Positions 8,537 through 16,341 of a stretch of DNA of 64,000 nt are shown in pieces. The stretch covers positions 1-64,000 of the IMG/VR virus record IMGVR_UViG_3300017698_000019. One strand, written 5' to 3'. The notes below the pieces were generated by a model. That model was not told the origin of the DNA. It made no database searches and worked only from the letters and a program-made list of their open reading frames with translations. Source of the stretch: a virus. Numbering within the stretch: the stretch's first letter is position 1; every line of letters starts with the position of its first letter. A program made the position numbers and the translations under genes.

Positions 8537-8832
8537 CACTTCAGAAAGAGGTCCTTGATTGGGCCGAAGGGGAGTTCGGTGTAAATCCTGAACTCAAAAT
8601 CGCAATTCGCGGTAACAAAGAGATGGCAGAACTGGTTTCCACCATTTCCAACGGCATGGGCAAGAAATCTATCGGTGAAGAATGCGCCGACGTGGCCTTC
8701 TTCCTCATTCAGATCTGTGAGAAGAATGGCTTTGATCTCATGGACGAAGTTGCCAAGAAATTGGTGATCAACCGGAAGCGTGAATGGGGCATCGCCTCAG
8801 ACGGCTCCCATCAACATATCGAGGGAACATAA
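8533..8832 (+). CDS. MazG-like nucleoside triphosphate pyrophosphohydrolase
   Basis: 99 aa all-alpha. EMAELV...IGEECADVAFFLIQICEKNGFDLMDEVAKKLVINRKREW matches the MazG/NTP-PPase EExxD...K..N..R pattern. Confidence 0.7.
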   Translation: MTLQKEVLDWAEGEFGVNPELKIAIRGNKEMAELVSTISNGMGKKSIGEECADVAFFLIQICEKNGFDLMDEVAKKLVINRKREWGIASDGSHQHIEGT

Positions 8833-8834
8833 TC

Positions 8835-9374
8835 ATGAAACATTGTATGCTGGACTTGGAGACTTTCGGCACTGGCGCAGGCTGCGTTATCCGCTCCATC
8901 GGCGCAGTCGTTTTCGACCCCAGAACGCCTTCCTTGGGCAAAGAGTTCTACAAGAACATCACCGAAGAAGATCAAATCGAATTGGGTGCTTTCAAAGACC
9001 CCAGCACGGTCTCATGGTGGGAAAAGCAAGGTCAGTCTGCTAAAGACGTCCTAGAGCCTGACCAAGTCAGCTTGAAGATGGCGGTCAATGGCTTTGCAAA
9101 CTTCTGGAAAGACAACCGCTTGAAGTTCGTATGGTCCCAAGGTGCAAACTTCGACAGTGTCTTGTGGGAAGCGACCTGCAAATTTGTCGATGTCAAGCCG
9201 CCGTGGCAGTTCTACAACACCCGTGACACTCGGACTGTCTACGATGCGGCTGGTCTCAACACCAAGACCATTCCTCGTCAGGGTATCTATCACTACGCCC
9301 TGGACGACTGCAAGCATCAGGTCCGGTGTGTCTACAAGTCCTACATGATGATTGACAAAGTGGAGAAGCGTTAA
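8835..9374 (+). CDS. DEDD-family 3'-5' exonuclease (Rv2179c-like)
   Basis: ATG 8835 follows the GAGGGA RBS. MLDLETFGT (ExoI), ANFDSVLW (ExoII) and YHYALDDCKHQ (ExoIII H-x4-D). Confidence 0.7.
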   Translation: MKHCMLDLETFGTGAGCVIRSIGAVVFDPRTPSLGKEFYKNITEEDQIELGAFKDPSTVSWWEKQGQSAKDVLEPDQVSLKMAVNGFANFWKDNRLKFVWSQGANFDSVLWEATCKFVDVKPPWQFYNTRDTRTVYDAAGLNTKTIPRQGIYHYALDDCKHQVRCVYKSYMMIDKVEKR

Positions 9375-9829
9375 TGTCCATTCATGATATGTTCATGGGA
9401 CACGCCGTTCACGCCAGCAAGTTCAGCCCTGATCCCTCCACGAAGGTGGGATCGGTGGTTGTCCTTGAAGGCAAGGTGTTCTCAGTTGGTTGGAACCAGT
9501 TTCCTACAGGTGTCGCCGAGACCGAGGAGCGGTGGGAAGATCGTGCCCAAAAGTATCCAAGGGTGATCCACGCAGAAGCTGATGCGTTGGTCGCAGCCGC
9601 GAGGATGATGCGGCGAGAGCGGCCTCTTCTTGGGTTCGAGGACGCCACCCTCTACACCACTGAATTTCCCTGCTGTGCTTGCTGCGGATTGATTATCCAA
9701 CATGGCATCAAGAAAGTTGTCTCACAAGATCTGGCCAGTGATTACGCTGAAAGATGGGCGAAAGAGATTGAGATCTCCAAGTCAATGTTCAGTGAGGCGG
9801 GAGTGGAATTAGAGGTAATTCCCCGATAA
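9374..9829 (+). CDS. dCMP deaminase (zinc-dependent cytidine/deoxycytidylate deaminase fold)
   Basis: HAEADAL and PCCACCGLI zinc-binding motifs. 151 aa. TAATG coupling. Confidence 0.85.
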   Translation: MSIHDMFMGHAVHASKFSPDPSTKVGSVVVLEGKVFSVGWNQFPTGVAETEERWEDRAQKYPRVIHAEADALVAAARMMRRERPLLGFEDATLYTTEFPCCACCGLIIQHGIKKVVSQDLASDYAERWAKEIEISKSMFSEAGVELEVIPR

Positions 9830-9836
9830 ACAGAAC

Positions 9837-9865
9837 TTGTCAATTGCCAGTCAGCCAGCTAGTAT
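9837..9865 (+). promoter_or_regulatory. sigma70-like promoter (phage cassette type)
   Basis: CAGAAC-TTGTCA-17 nt-TAGTAT. This makes the track TTG start at 9837 unlikely. Confidence 0.5.
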
Positions 9866-9878
9866 AAGGGTTCACGAT

Positions 9879-10301
9879 ATGTCCGAAGCTTCAAGCCGTT
9901 CAAATCTAGTTAAGAAACTCAAGCCTCTGGATGCAGTGGCAATTGAGAGCCCGTCTACTGGACTTGGAATTCCGGACGTCAATTTCATAGGCGGGTGGAT
10001 AGAATGCAAGTGGATGAAGTATTGGCCCAAGACAGCAGATGTGAAGCCAGTTCGGTTCAGTCATCCCCTCTCGAAACAACAACAAGTGTGGCTCTGGAGA
10101 AGAGAGCATCGCGGCGGACTAGCCCTAGTCTGCGCTCAGGTGAGCAAGTCGTGGTTCTTCTGGTCCGGAAAACACATTAAGGAAAATGATCTATGGGACA
10201 ATATGACGAGACCCCAGATGATAGCGGAAGCGGAACTCTACTTCCCGAACGGCCTGGAAACGGAGAAACTCTTGAACTATCTGAGGGAGAACGGGCGCTA
10301 G
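9879..10301 (+). CDS. PD-(D/E)xK nuclease, VRR-NUC-like (putative)
   Basis: First ATG after the promoter. GIPDVNFIGGWIECKW is a PD...E.K motif. ~140 aa. Confidence 0.5.
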   Translation: MSEASSRSNLVKKLKPLDAVAIESPSTGLGIPDVNFIGGWIECKWMKYWPKTADVKPVRFSHPLSKQQQVWLWRREHRGGLALVCAQVSKSWFFWSGKHIKENDLWDNMTRPQMIAEAELYFPNGLETEKLLNYLRENGR

Positions 10302-10591
10302 TATATCGTCGTCGCATGGGTCTCAGCCAGAAAGCTATGGCCAAGAGTTTCGGTATAACTCGCCGTATCTATAGCGAGAAAGAAGCAAACGGCACGATTA
10401 CTCTTCCCGGCTTCATGGTTGTGGTTGAGCCGATTACAGGTGCCGAGCAGTGTCTTATCTGGCGTCGCCGTTCAGGCTGGACACAGCAGGCTTGCGCTGA
10501 TCTTATGGGGATCACGCGCTACTGGTACAATTTGATGGAAAACGGCAAAGCGCCTTCTGATAAATTGGAGGCTTTCTGGAATGAAGGGTGA
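10193..10591 (+). CDS. tandem helix-turn-helix (XRE-like) DNA-binding protein
   Basis: Two repeats: LSEGERALVYRRRMGLSQKAMAKSFGITRRIYSEKEANG and ITGAEQCLIWRRRSGWTQQACADLMGITRYWYNLMENG. ATG 10193 is the only in-frame start that keeps helix 1, so it overlaps the upstream gene by 109 nt. Confidence 0.55.
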   Translation: MGQYDETPDDSGSGTLLPERPGNGETLELSEGERALVYRRRMGLSQKAMAKSFGITRRIYSEKEANGTITLPGFMVVVEPITGAEQCLIWRRRSGWTQQACADLMGITRYWYNLMENGKAPSDKLEAFWNEG

Positions 10592-13007
10592 GTCTCAAAG
10601 AGCAATTGACTTCCTAAGGAAGTTTTATCCTAAGGGACCTTGGCTCCTTACTGCGATCCAGACAGACCGCAAAGCAATCGACACAAAACCATTCGGCCCT
10701 AAGTCTGAAGAGGAATGCCTTTTCTGGCTTGAGAAATATAACGGCGAGCGGAACATCTACTTTACGGTGAACCAACCGAACCTCGCTTTCCTGAAATCAG
10801 ATAAAGTCAAGAAGCCGAACAAAGAAGATATGTTCGAAGCCCACTGGCTACACGTTGATGTCGATCCAGAAGAGGCTCCGGCAGATGAGACTGATATTGA
10901 CGGTTTCCTTAAAATGGAACGTGAGCGTGTCCTAAGCGTACTCACTGATCGCCTGCCAAAAGGTATCGAGAAGCCGACGGTTATCCTATTCTCAGGCGGT
11001 GGCTATCAAGCCTTCTGGAAGCTGGACAAACCTGTTAAGATTGACGGGACCGAAGCTGCGTGGACTGAGTTCGAACTCTATAACAAGCGTCTAGAGCAAG
11101 TTTTCGGAGGCGATCACTGCCACAACGTAGACCGCATCATGCGTCTTCCTGGGACAGTCAATGTTCCTGATGCAAAGAAGATTAAAAAAGGTCGCAAGAA
11201 GGAACTATCTCGCCTTCTCGAGTTTGATACCAAAAATGTCTATAGTCTTGAGCAATTCAAGAAAGCCCAAGCGGTGCAGACATCTGCTCCCGGACGCCAT
11301 GATGGCGGCGAATACGGTATCAAGGTTGAAATTCCCGGTAATGTGGAACGCATTCAAGACCTCAGCGAACTGGACGTGTGGGACGTCCCTGACAGAGTCA
11401 AGGTTATTATCGCCCAAGGGCAACACCCTGATCAACCGAAAGAAGGCGACAATTCCCGCTCAGCATGGCTTTTTGACTGTGTCTGTGCGCTGGCTCGCTG
11501 CAATGTCCCCGACGGTGTCATATTCGCTATCTTGACAGACCCTGAATGGGGTATTGCAAGCAGCGTCGTAGAACTGAAAGGCGGCGCTGAGAAATACGCA
11601 ATCCGCCAGATCAAGCGAGCCAAAGAATACAGTGAAGATCCACACCTTACAATGATGAACGACCGCCACGCTATCATTGGTAATATCGGAGGCAAGTGTC
11701 GCGTCATTGAGGAGATCGAGGATGATGTTCTGCATAGGAGCCGCATCACGATGTCCAGCTTTGAGGATATCCGAAACCGATACGGAAATATTCAGATCCA
11801 AATTGGTTCGACCGATAAAGGTGATCCAGTGCATGTTCCCTTGGGCAAGTATTGGATCAACCACCGCTTGCGTCGCCAATACGATACGATGAAGTTCATG
11901 CCACAGGGCGACCAACCTGGAGTCTACAACTTGTGGCGTGGATTTAATGTAGAACCTATACCCGGAGACTGCTCCATATATCTCGAACACCTAAGAGAAA
12001 ATGTGTGCAGCGGGGTTGAAGAACATTATGATTATCTCATCAAATGGATGGCGCGTGTCGTACAGACACCAGCAAGTCCAGGTGAAGTTGCCATTGTTCT
12101 CAGGGGCGGAAAGGGTACTGGTAAAGGCTATTTTGCGAGAACTTTCGGACGTCTGTTTGGCCGACATCATCTTCACGTCGCCAATCCATCCCACCTTGTC
12201 GGAAACTTCAACGCTCACCTTAGAGATGTTATCAGCTTGTTTGCCGATGAAGCCTTCTTTGCTGGAGATAAACGTCATGAGTCTGTGCTTAAGATGCTCA
12301 TCACTGAGGACAGTATACCGATTGAAGCCAAAGGCATCGACACAGAGCCGTATCCAAACTATGTTCACCTCATCATGGCCTCAAACGACCCGCATGTCAT
12401 TAGGGCAACTGGAGATGAAAGGCGTTACTTTGTTCTAGACATGGGTGAGAACCGTAAGCAGGATGCAGAGTTCTTTTCCTCACTCACAAAACAAATGGAT
12501 AATGGTGGATATGAAGCATTGCTCTACCATCTCCAAAACGTGGATATAAGTGAGTTCCAAGTCCGGAACGTGCCACAGACTGATGCACTGCAAGAGCAGA
12601 AACTCATGTCAATGGGCGTTGAAGAGGAATGGTGGTATCACAAACTGCATGACGGTCGTGTCTTGGAAAACCACGATACATGGATCCGTGACGTGCCAAC
12701 AGACGCTCTGGAAAAAGACTATACGAACTATGCGGATAAATGGAAGTTTGCTCGGAGAGGTAACGCAACTCTCTTGGGTCGTTTCCTTAACAGAGTTGTT
12801 CCGCATATCAACAAAATGCAAAAGCGCGTAACAGTTGAAGAGTATGATCAAGAGACTGGGCAGCCACACAGAACCAAGAAACGAATGTATCATTATGACC
12901 TTGGTGATCTGGAGAAATGTCGTGCATCCTGGGACAAAGTCTATGGAGAGCGAGAATGGCCAACACCTGTTGAACTTGATCTCGGAGAAATAGAGGTTCC
13001 ATTCTGA
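10581..13007 (+). CDS. primase-polymerase / SF3 (P4/D5-type) helicase fusion
   Basis: 808 aa. Prim-pol-like N-terminus (IYFTVNQP, HVDVD, IMRLPGTVN). Walker A VLRGGKGTGKGYF and Walker B-like ISLFADEA. C-terminus ends in the acidic tip LDLGEIEVPF. Confidence 0.85.
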   Translation: MKGESQRAIDFLRKFYPKGPWLLTAIQTDRKAIDTKPFGPKSEEECLFWLEKYNGERNIYFTVNQPNLAFLKSDKVKKPNKEDMFEAHWLHVDVDPEEAPADETDIDGFLKMERERVLSVLTDRLPKGIEKPTVILFSGGGYQAFWKLDKPVKIDGTEAAWTEFELYNKRLEQVFGGDHCHNVDRIMRLPGTVNVPDAKKIKKGRKKELSRLLEFDTKNVYSLEQFKKAQAVQTSAPGRHDGGEYGIKVEIPGNVERIQDLSELDVWDVPDRVKVIIAQGQHPDQPKEGDNSRSAWLFDCVCALARCNVPDGVIFAILTDPEWGIASSVVELKGGAEKYAIRQIKRAKEYSEDPHLTMMNDRHAIIGNIGGKCRVIEEIEDDVLHRSRITMSSFEDIRNRYGNIQIQIGSTDKGDPVHVPLGKYWINHRLRRQYDTMKFMPQGDQPGVYNLWRGFNVEPIPGDCSIYLEHLRENVCSGVEEHYDYLIKWMARVVQTPASPGEVAIVLRGGKGTGKGYFARTFGRLFGRHHLHVANPSHLVGNFNAHLRDVISLFADEAFFAGDKRHESVLKMLITEDSIPIEAKGIDTEPYPNYVHLIMASNDPHVIRATGDERRYFVLDMGENRKQDAEFFSSLTKQMDNGGYEALLYHLQNVDISEFQVRNVPQTDALQEQKLMSMGVEEEWWYHKLHDGRVLENHDTWIRDVPTDALEKDYTNYADKWKFARRGNATLLGRFLNRVVPHINKMQKRVTVEEYDQETGQPHRTKKRMYHYDLGDLEKCRASWDKVYGEREWPTPVELDLGEIEVPF

Positions 13008-13318
13008 TGGCTTGTGAAGCACCATGTTTTGATTGTCCTTACCTAAGAGGAAGCGACAAACTAAAAATCGCCGACAATGTCATATTCGATTTCGTGTTCG
13101 AACACCACACCGAAGACGGAGTCGGTGGCGGCTACTCTCCTCATATCTGTCCAGAACAAGAAGATGTTTGCTTTGGACAATTGCAGATGATAGCCAATGG
13201 ATTGAAAACAGGACTGGACCCATTTTCGGAAATGGGTGAGATAGTTTACTCCATGTCTCCCAACACAAAGGACTATTTCCATGGCCCTTGGGAGTATATG
13301 GCCCATCATGAGGCTTAG
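13007..13318 (+). CDS. hypothetical Cys-containing protein
   Basis: 103 aa. TGATG coupling. Contains the repeat AAAAATCGCCGACA at 13063..13076. Confidence 0.55.
   Translation: MACEAPCFDCPYLRGSDKLKIADNVIFDFVFEHHTEDGVGGGYSPHICPEQEDVCFGQLQMIANGLKTGLDPFSEMGEIVYSMSPNTKDYFHGPWEYMAHHEA
13063..13094 (+). repeat. AAAAATCGCCGACA-family repeat (copy inside CDS)
   Basis: AAAAATCGCCGACAATGTCATATTCGATTTCG is ~85% identical to 14835..14868. The 14-mer is identical at 14835 and 29186. Confidence 0.75.
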
Positions 13319-13321
13319 TTA

Positions 13322-13436
13322 GGAGCCCTACGGACGCGCTGGAGGGGCGTTAGCGCCCTACCCTACCACCAGCACCACCACAGGCCGCACCCTATGCCCT
13401 GCCCCACGCCACAAGGCCTCCGGCGGCGCTGGATAT
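13322..13436 (+). repeat. GC-rich repeat element copy (core CTACGGACGCGCTGG), intergenic
   Basis: 13328..13342 is identical to 27016..27030 and to the reverse complement of 5162..5176. CCCTATGCCC at 13390 is shared with 56857. Strongly GC-rich compared with its flanks. Confidence 0.75.
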
Positions 13437-13443
13437 AAAGGTT

Positions 13444-13472
13444 TGGTCAATTTGCAACCGCTTTGCTATACT
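13444..13472 (+). promoter_or_regulatory. sigma70-like promoter (phage cassette type)
   Basis: TGGTCA-17 nt-TATACT. TAGGAG RBS and ATG 13500 follow. Confidence 0.55.
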
Positions 13473-13499
13473 TAGCAGGCATTTAGTTAGGAGTTAGTC

Positions 13500-13895
13500 A
13501 TGGCTACTGTCGAACCACCAGAGGTTGATCCATTTGAGATCGATCTCCAAGAAGCCGAGCCAGAAAAAGAGACCATTTTGCAGTTCTCTGATCTTCTGGA
13601 TATGAATGAGGACGGAACAGACTGCATTACTGACGAGAACTTGGATTTCATCTGGCCGCGTGATCCAGATCAAGAGCCAGCTATCGTCGTCGGCAAGTCA
13701 TTTGTCATGCCGCCTGCCTGCACTGGTCCTTTCATACCATGCGAAGAGAAATATGGTCGGGAGACCTGTTTGAAGTTTGTCTTCGATGGTCCTCCACTAC
13801 CTCCGTCTCACACTGTTGTTCCCTTGGGTTCTAGCGGCCTTATGTTGGCGAGCGCTCTGGCGATTGCTTTCACAGTCAAGAAATTCTCCACATGA
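13500..13895 (+). CDS. acidic protein with C-terminal hydrophobic tail anchor
   Basis: 131 aa. Very acidic N-terminus. The C-terminus VVPLGSSGLMLASALAIAFTVKKFST is a motif plus TM helix plus basic end. No signal peptide. Confidence 0.6.
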   Translation: MATVEPPEVDPFEIDLQEAEPEKETILQFSDLLDMNEDGTDCITDENLDFIWPRDPDQEPAIVVGKSFVMPPACTGPFIPCEEKYGRETCLKFVFDGPPLPPSHTVVPLGSSGLMLASALAIAFTVKKFST

Positions 13896-14836
13896 AACCT
13901 ATGCTGGCTGGAAAGTATGATCCAGTAAAGGTAGAGAAGAAACTGCCTTTGCTGGGTCAACTGAAATACGATGGTATCCGAGTATTCATTCGAGATGGCG
14001 TCGCATATACTCGGAGTATAAAACCTGTTCGCTCAACAGAACTTCAATCATGGGTTGCTTGGAACAAAGACTTCCTGGAAGGCATGGATGGGGAAATAAT
14101 CTGTGGAGACCCAACGGCACAAGGATGCTTCCAAAGAACTAGCAGTTTCGTAATGAGTTACGATAAACTGGATATATTCACATTCTACGTGTTCGACAAG
14201 TGGGACGAGCCTTCCGTATTCACTGATCGTTTCGCTGTTGTTGAAGAGGTTGCTGGTCAATGGATTATGAATAGTCATGATCAACCTCGTATGGTTGCAG
14301 CAGATACTCGAGAAATGTTAACAATGGAAGATGTGAACGCATTTCATGAGGAAATGATTGCCCAAGGGCAGGAAGGTATCATCCTGCGAGATCCTCATGC
14401 TTACTACAAATTTGGACGAGGCTCGCCTGTGAAGTGTGAGTGTATCAAAATGAAAGAAGGTGGCTGGGTTGACACAGAATGCAAAATCCTCGACTTCCAC
14501 GAACAGATGCACAACGCCAATGAAGCCACGCTTGACAATCTCGGTTACACGGAACGCTCAGGGCATAAAGAGAACCTTATCGGAAAAGACACTCTCGGCG
14601 CTATTGAAGTTAGCGGAAGCTTCGAGGATGGAACTCCTTTCACGTGCAGAGTCGGAACAGGACTAGACGACGAAATCCGGCAAAAAGTCTGGGATCGCCG
14701 ACAAGACTATATTGATAAAGTCGTAAAAATGAAATATTTCACCGTCGGCATCAAAGATAAACCGAGATTTCCAACCTTCTTGGGTTTCCGTGACAAGGAT
14801 GACATGGACGCAGAGCAGTTGGATCTGTTTTCGTAA
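13892..14836 (+). CDS. ATP-dependent DNA ligase
   Basis: Motif I GQLKYDGIRV (adenylation Lys), motif IV EGIILRD, motif V-like VVKMKYF. 314 aa (T7-size). Confidence 0.85.
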   Translation: MKPMLAGKYDPVKVEKKLPLLGQLKYDGIRVFIRDGVAYTRSIKPVRSTELQSWVAWNKDFLEGMDGEIICGDPTAQGCFQRTSSFVMSYDKLDIFTFYVFDKWDEPSVFTDRFAVVEEVAGQWIMNSHDQPRMVAADTREMLTMEDVNAFHEEMIAQGQEGIILRDPHAYYKFGRGSPVKCECIKMKEGGWVDTECKILDFHEQMHNANEATLDNLGYTERSGHKENLIGKDTLGAIEVSGSFEDGTPFTCRVGTGLDDEIRQKVWDRRQDYIDKVVKMKYFTVGIKDKPRFPTFLGFRDKDDMDAEQLDLFS

Positions 14837-14873
14837 AAATCGCCGACATAGTCATATTGATTTTCGATCTGTA
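14835..14873 (+). repeat. AAAAATCGCCGACA-family repeat (intergenic copy)
   Basis: AAAAATCGCCGACATAGTCATATTGATTTTCGATCTGTAGG aligns with 13063..13094 and 29186..29226, including CGATCTGT. Confidence 0.75.
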
Positions 14874-14886
14874 GGGAATAGTCTTA

Positions 14887-15171
14887 ATGACACACGAAGA
14901 ACTAAGAGATAAACTCTTGAAAGCTATGGGTGGAAAGCCTCCTATGGCTGCTCGGGGGACGTGGTCTTACTTTCTCAAAAGTGAGAACCATTGTTATTTC
15001 ATGAACTGGGATTGGATCAAAGACCCTCGCATCGAGAAGTGGGCAGAAGATCATCCAGATCTTGAATGCTGGGACAGCGTCAATGGATTGACGATCGAGA
15101 TCTATCAACCCAGCAAAGACAAGTTCGGCCGACCGATCGGTGGATTAAAAGGCACTCAGATAGATAAATAG
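14887..15171 (+). CDS. hypothetical protein
   Basis: 94 aa track ORF, + strand. No motif recognised. Confidence 0.5.
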   Translation: MTHEELRDKLLKAMGGKPPMAARGTWSYFLKSENHCYFMNWDWIKDPRIEKWAEDHPDLECWDSVNGLTIEIYQPSKDKFGRPIGGLKGTQIDK

Positions 15172-15174
15172 AGG

Positions 15175-15203
15175 TTGTCTCGCCCCGCACCTGCGCGTAA
15201 GTT
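15175..15203 (+). promoter_or_regulatory. sigma70-like promoter (phage cassette type)
   Basis: AAATAGAGG-TTGTCT-17 nt-TAAGTT. A second perfect TATAAT lies at 15221..15226. Confidence 0.45.
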
Positions 15204-15242
15204 AAAGGCTCAGAATAACGTATAATCACACTGGATATAGAT

Positions 15243-15989
15243 ATGGCAAAACTTCATGAACTGTTGGCCGTGATGGCTGACACCACCAACGCAGCGACCG
15301 CTGTGAACAAAGAGACAGCCGCTGTCTTTGCGAAAAAGCCCGACCACTTCCGCGGTTTTTCCAAGACTGTTCGTTACTTCGATGAAGGCCGCGCTGGTGA
15401 GAACACCGACGAGACCAAACAGATGGTCACGACGGTCGCCGACAAGCTGGATCACACGTTCAAGGTGACAGGCCGTCACTACGATGCTCTCCTGCAACTG
15501 GAAGAAGCCAATGGCCGCGCCAAGGCAGACCTGATCGTTGATGGCGTGACCATCATGAAAGACGTCCCAGCGACCTTCCTCTTGGGCATGGAAAGCCGAT
15601 TGAAATCTGTCCGTGAAACAATCCTGGCAATCCCTACGCTCGAGATGTCAACCAAGTGGGAAAGCGACACCGTTGCTGGCGAAGGAATGTTCCGCGCCGA
15701 GCCTGTTGTTGCCATGAAAGGCGAGAAGCAGTTGAAATCTCGCATCCTCGTGGAACCCACGAAAGAACATCCGGCCCAAGTGGAACAGTGGACCGAAGAC
15801 GCCGCTGTTGCACGGATCGAAACAACTCATACCTCCAGCATGATCACGCCACACGCAAAGTCGGCGATGCTGATGAGGACCGACAAAATGATCTCTGCTG
15901 TGAAGAAAGCCCGCCAACGGGCGAACACTGTCACAGTTGAAGATCTCCACATTGCCGATGGTATCTTCGGATACATCATGGGCTCCTAG
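15243..15989 (+). CDS. conserved hypothetical protein
   Basis: 248 aa. MAKLHELLAVMAD...PDHFRGF...VPATFLLGMESRL...EHPAQVEQW look like conserved blocks, but I cannot name the family. Immediately upstream of the tRNA-like module. Confidence 0.65.
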   Translation: MAKLHELLAVMADTTNAATAVNKETAAVFAKKPDHFRGFSKTVRYFDEGRAGENTDETKQMVTTVADKLDHTFKVTGRHYDALLQLEEANGRAKADLIVDGVTIMKDVPATFLLGMESRLKSVRETILAIPTLEMSTKWESDTVAGEGMFRAEPVVAMKGEKQLKSRILVEPTKEHPAQVEQWTEDAAVARIETTHTSSMITPHAKSAMLMRTDKMISAVKKARQRANTVTVEDLHIADGIFGYIMGS

Positions 15990-16124
15990 ATCCCATAGGG
16001 GATAGACTGAGACTGAGACTAACCTAAGCGGTGGAAACTATCACGATAGAATACAATTCCGTGACTCATACTTGAGAGACTTATGCCCCTCAATGTGAGA
16101 ACAAGAGGAGACCAAAGATAAGCG

Positions 16125-16231
16125 GTTCTTTTTCCCGAAGGGTCGTCGGTTCGAATCCGGCCCCGCCATCCAACACCCAATCGTTGGACTGCTGGCGGGT
16201 AGCTCAGTGGTAGAGCATTCGTAATAAGAGT
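16125..16231 (+). ncRNA. circularly permuted tRNA-like RNA module (YrlA/Y-RNA-like tRNA mimic or permuted/two-piece tRNA)
   Basis: The order along the strand is CGAA (16136-39), GGGTC, the T-arm GTCGG-TTCGAAT-CCGGC (16145-61), CCCGCCA-T-CCA (16162-72) and a 6-bp linker hairpin. Then come TGGCGGG (16193-99, 7/7 complement), TA, the D-arm GCTC-AGTGGTA-GAGC (16202-16), A and TTCG (16218-21). U8, A14, G18G19, A21, G53, T54-C56, A58 and C61 equivalents are all present. There is no anticodon loop. Confidence 0.6.
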
Positions 16232-16309
16232 AACGGCACCGCACTAATCGAGGGTTCTCTGATCTGGTTGCTCTTAGATGAGCGCTTGATTTTTAATCAA
16301 AACCAAAAC

Positions 16310-16341
16310 GGGGTCGGCACATCGGGAATTGTGTCGGCCCC
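16310..16341 (+). terminator. stable hairpin, candidate terminator/3' end of the ncRNA region
   Basis: GGGGTCGGCACA-8 nt-TGTGTCGGCCCC: 12 bp including 2 G-U pairs. Weak U tract (ACTTGCTT). Confidence 0.4.

Noticed and set aside
16136-16172. A tRNA 3' fragment acting as the attP core of a temperate phage.
   Set aside because: There is no integrase, excisionase or repressor in the window. The complementary 5' half sits 20 nt downstream, which an attP remnant would not explain.
16136-16221. An ordinary tRNA gene, or two tandem tRNA genes.
   Set aside because: The 3' half precedes the 5' half. No matching 5' half lies upstream of 16136 and no T-arm lies downstream of 16221. No 7-nt anticodon loop with U33/R37 can be assembled from either flank.
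15990-16300. A natural permuted intron-exon (group I) arrangement that would circularise the tRNA. The flanks contain AACCTAAGCG, GAGAGACTTATGCCCC and ACGGCACC..CACTAA, which recall IC3 tRNA-intron core elements.
   Set aside because: I could not build a consistent P3-P9 core. The nearest G upstream of the 3' half (16125) would leave a 10-nt extra segment, so splicing would not yield a normal anticodon loop. I keep this only as something a covariance-model search (Rfam Intron_gpI) could test.
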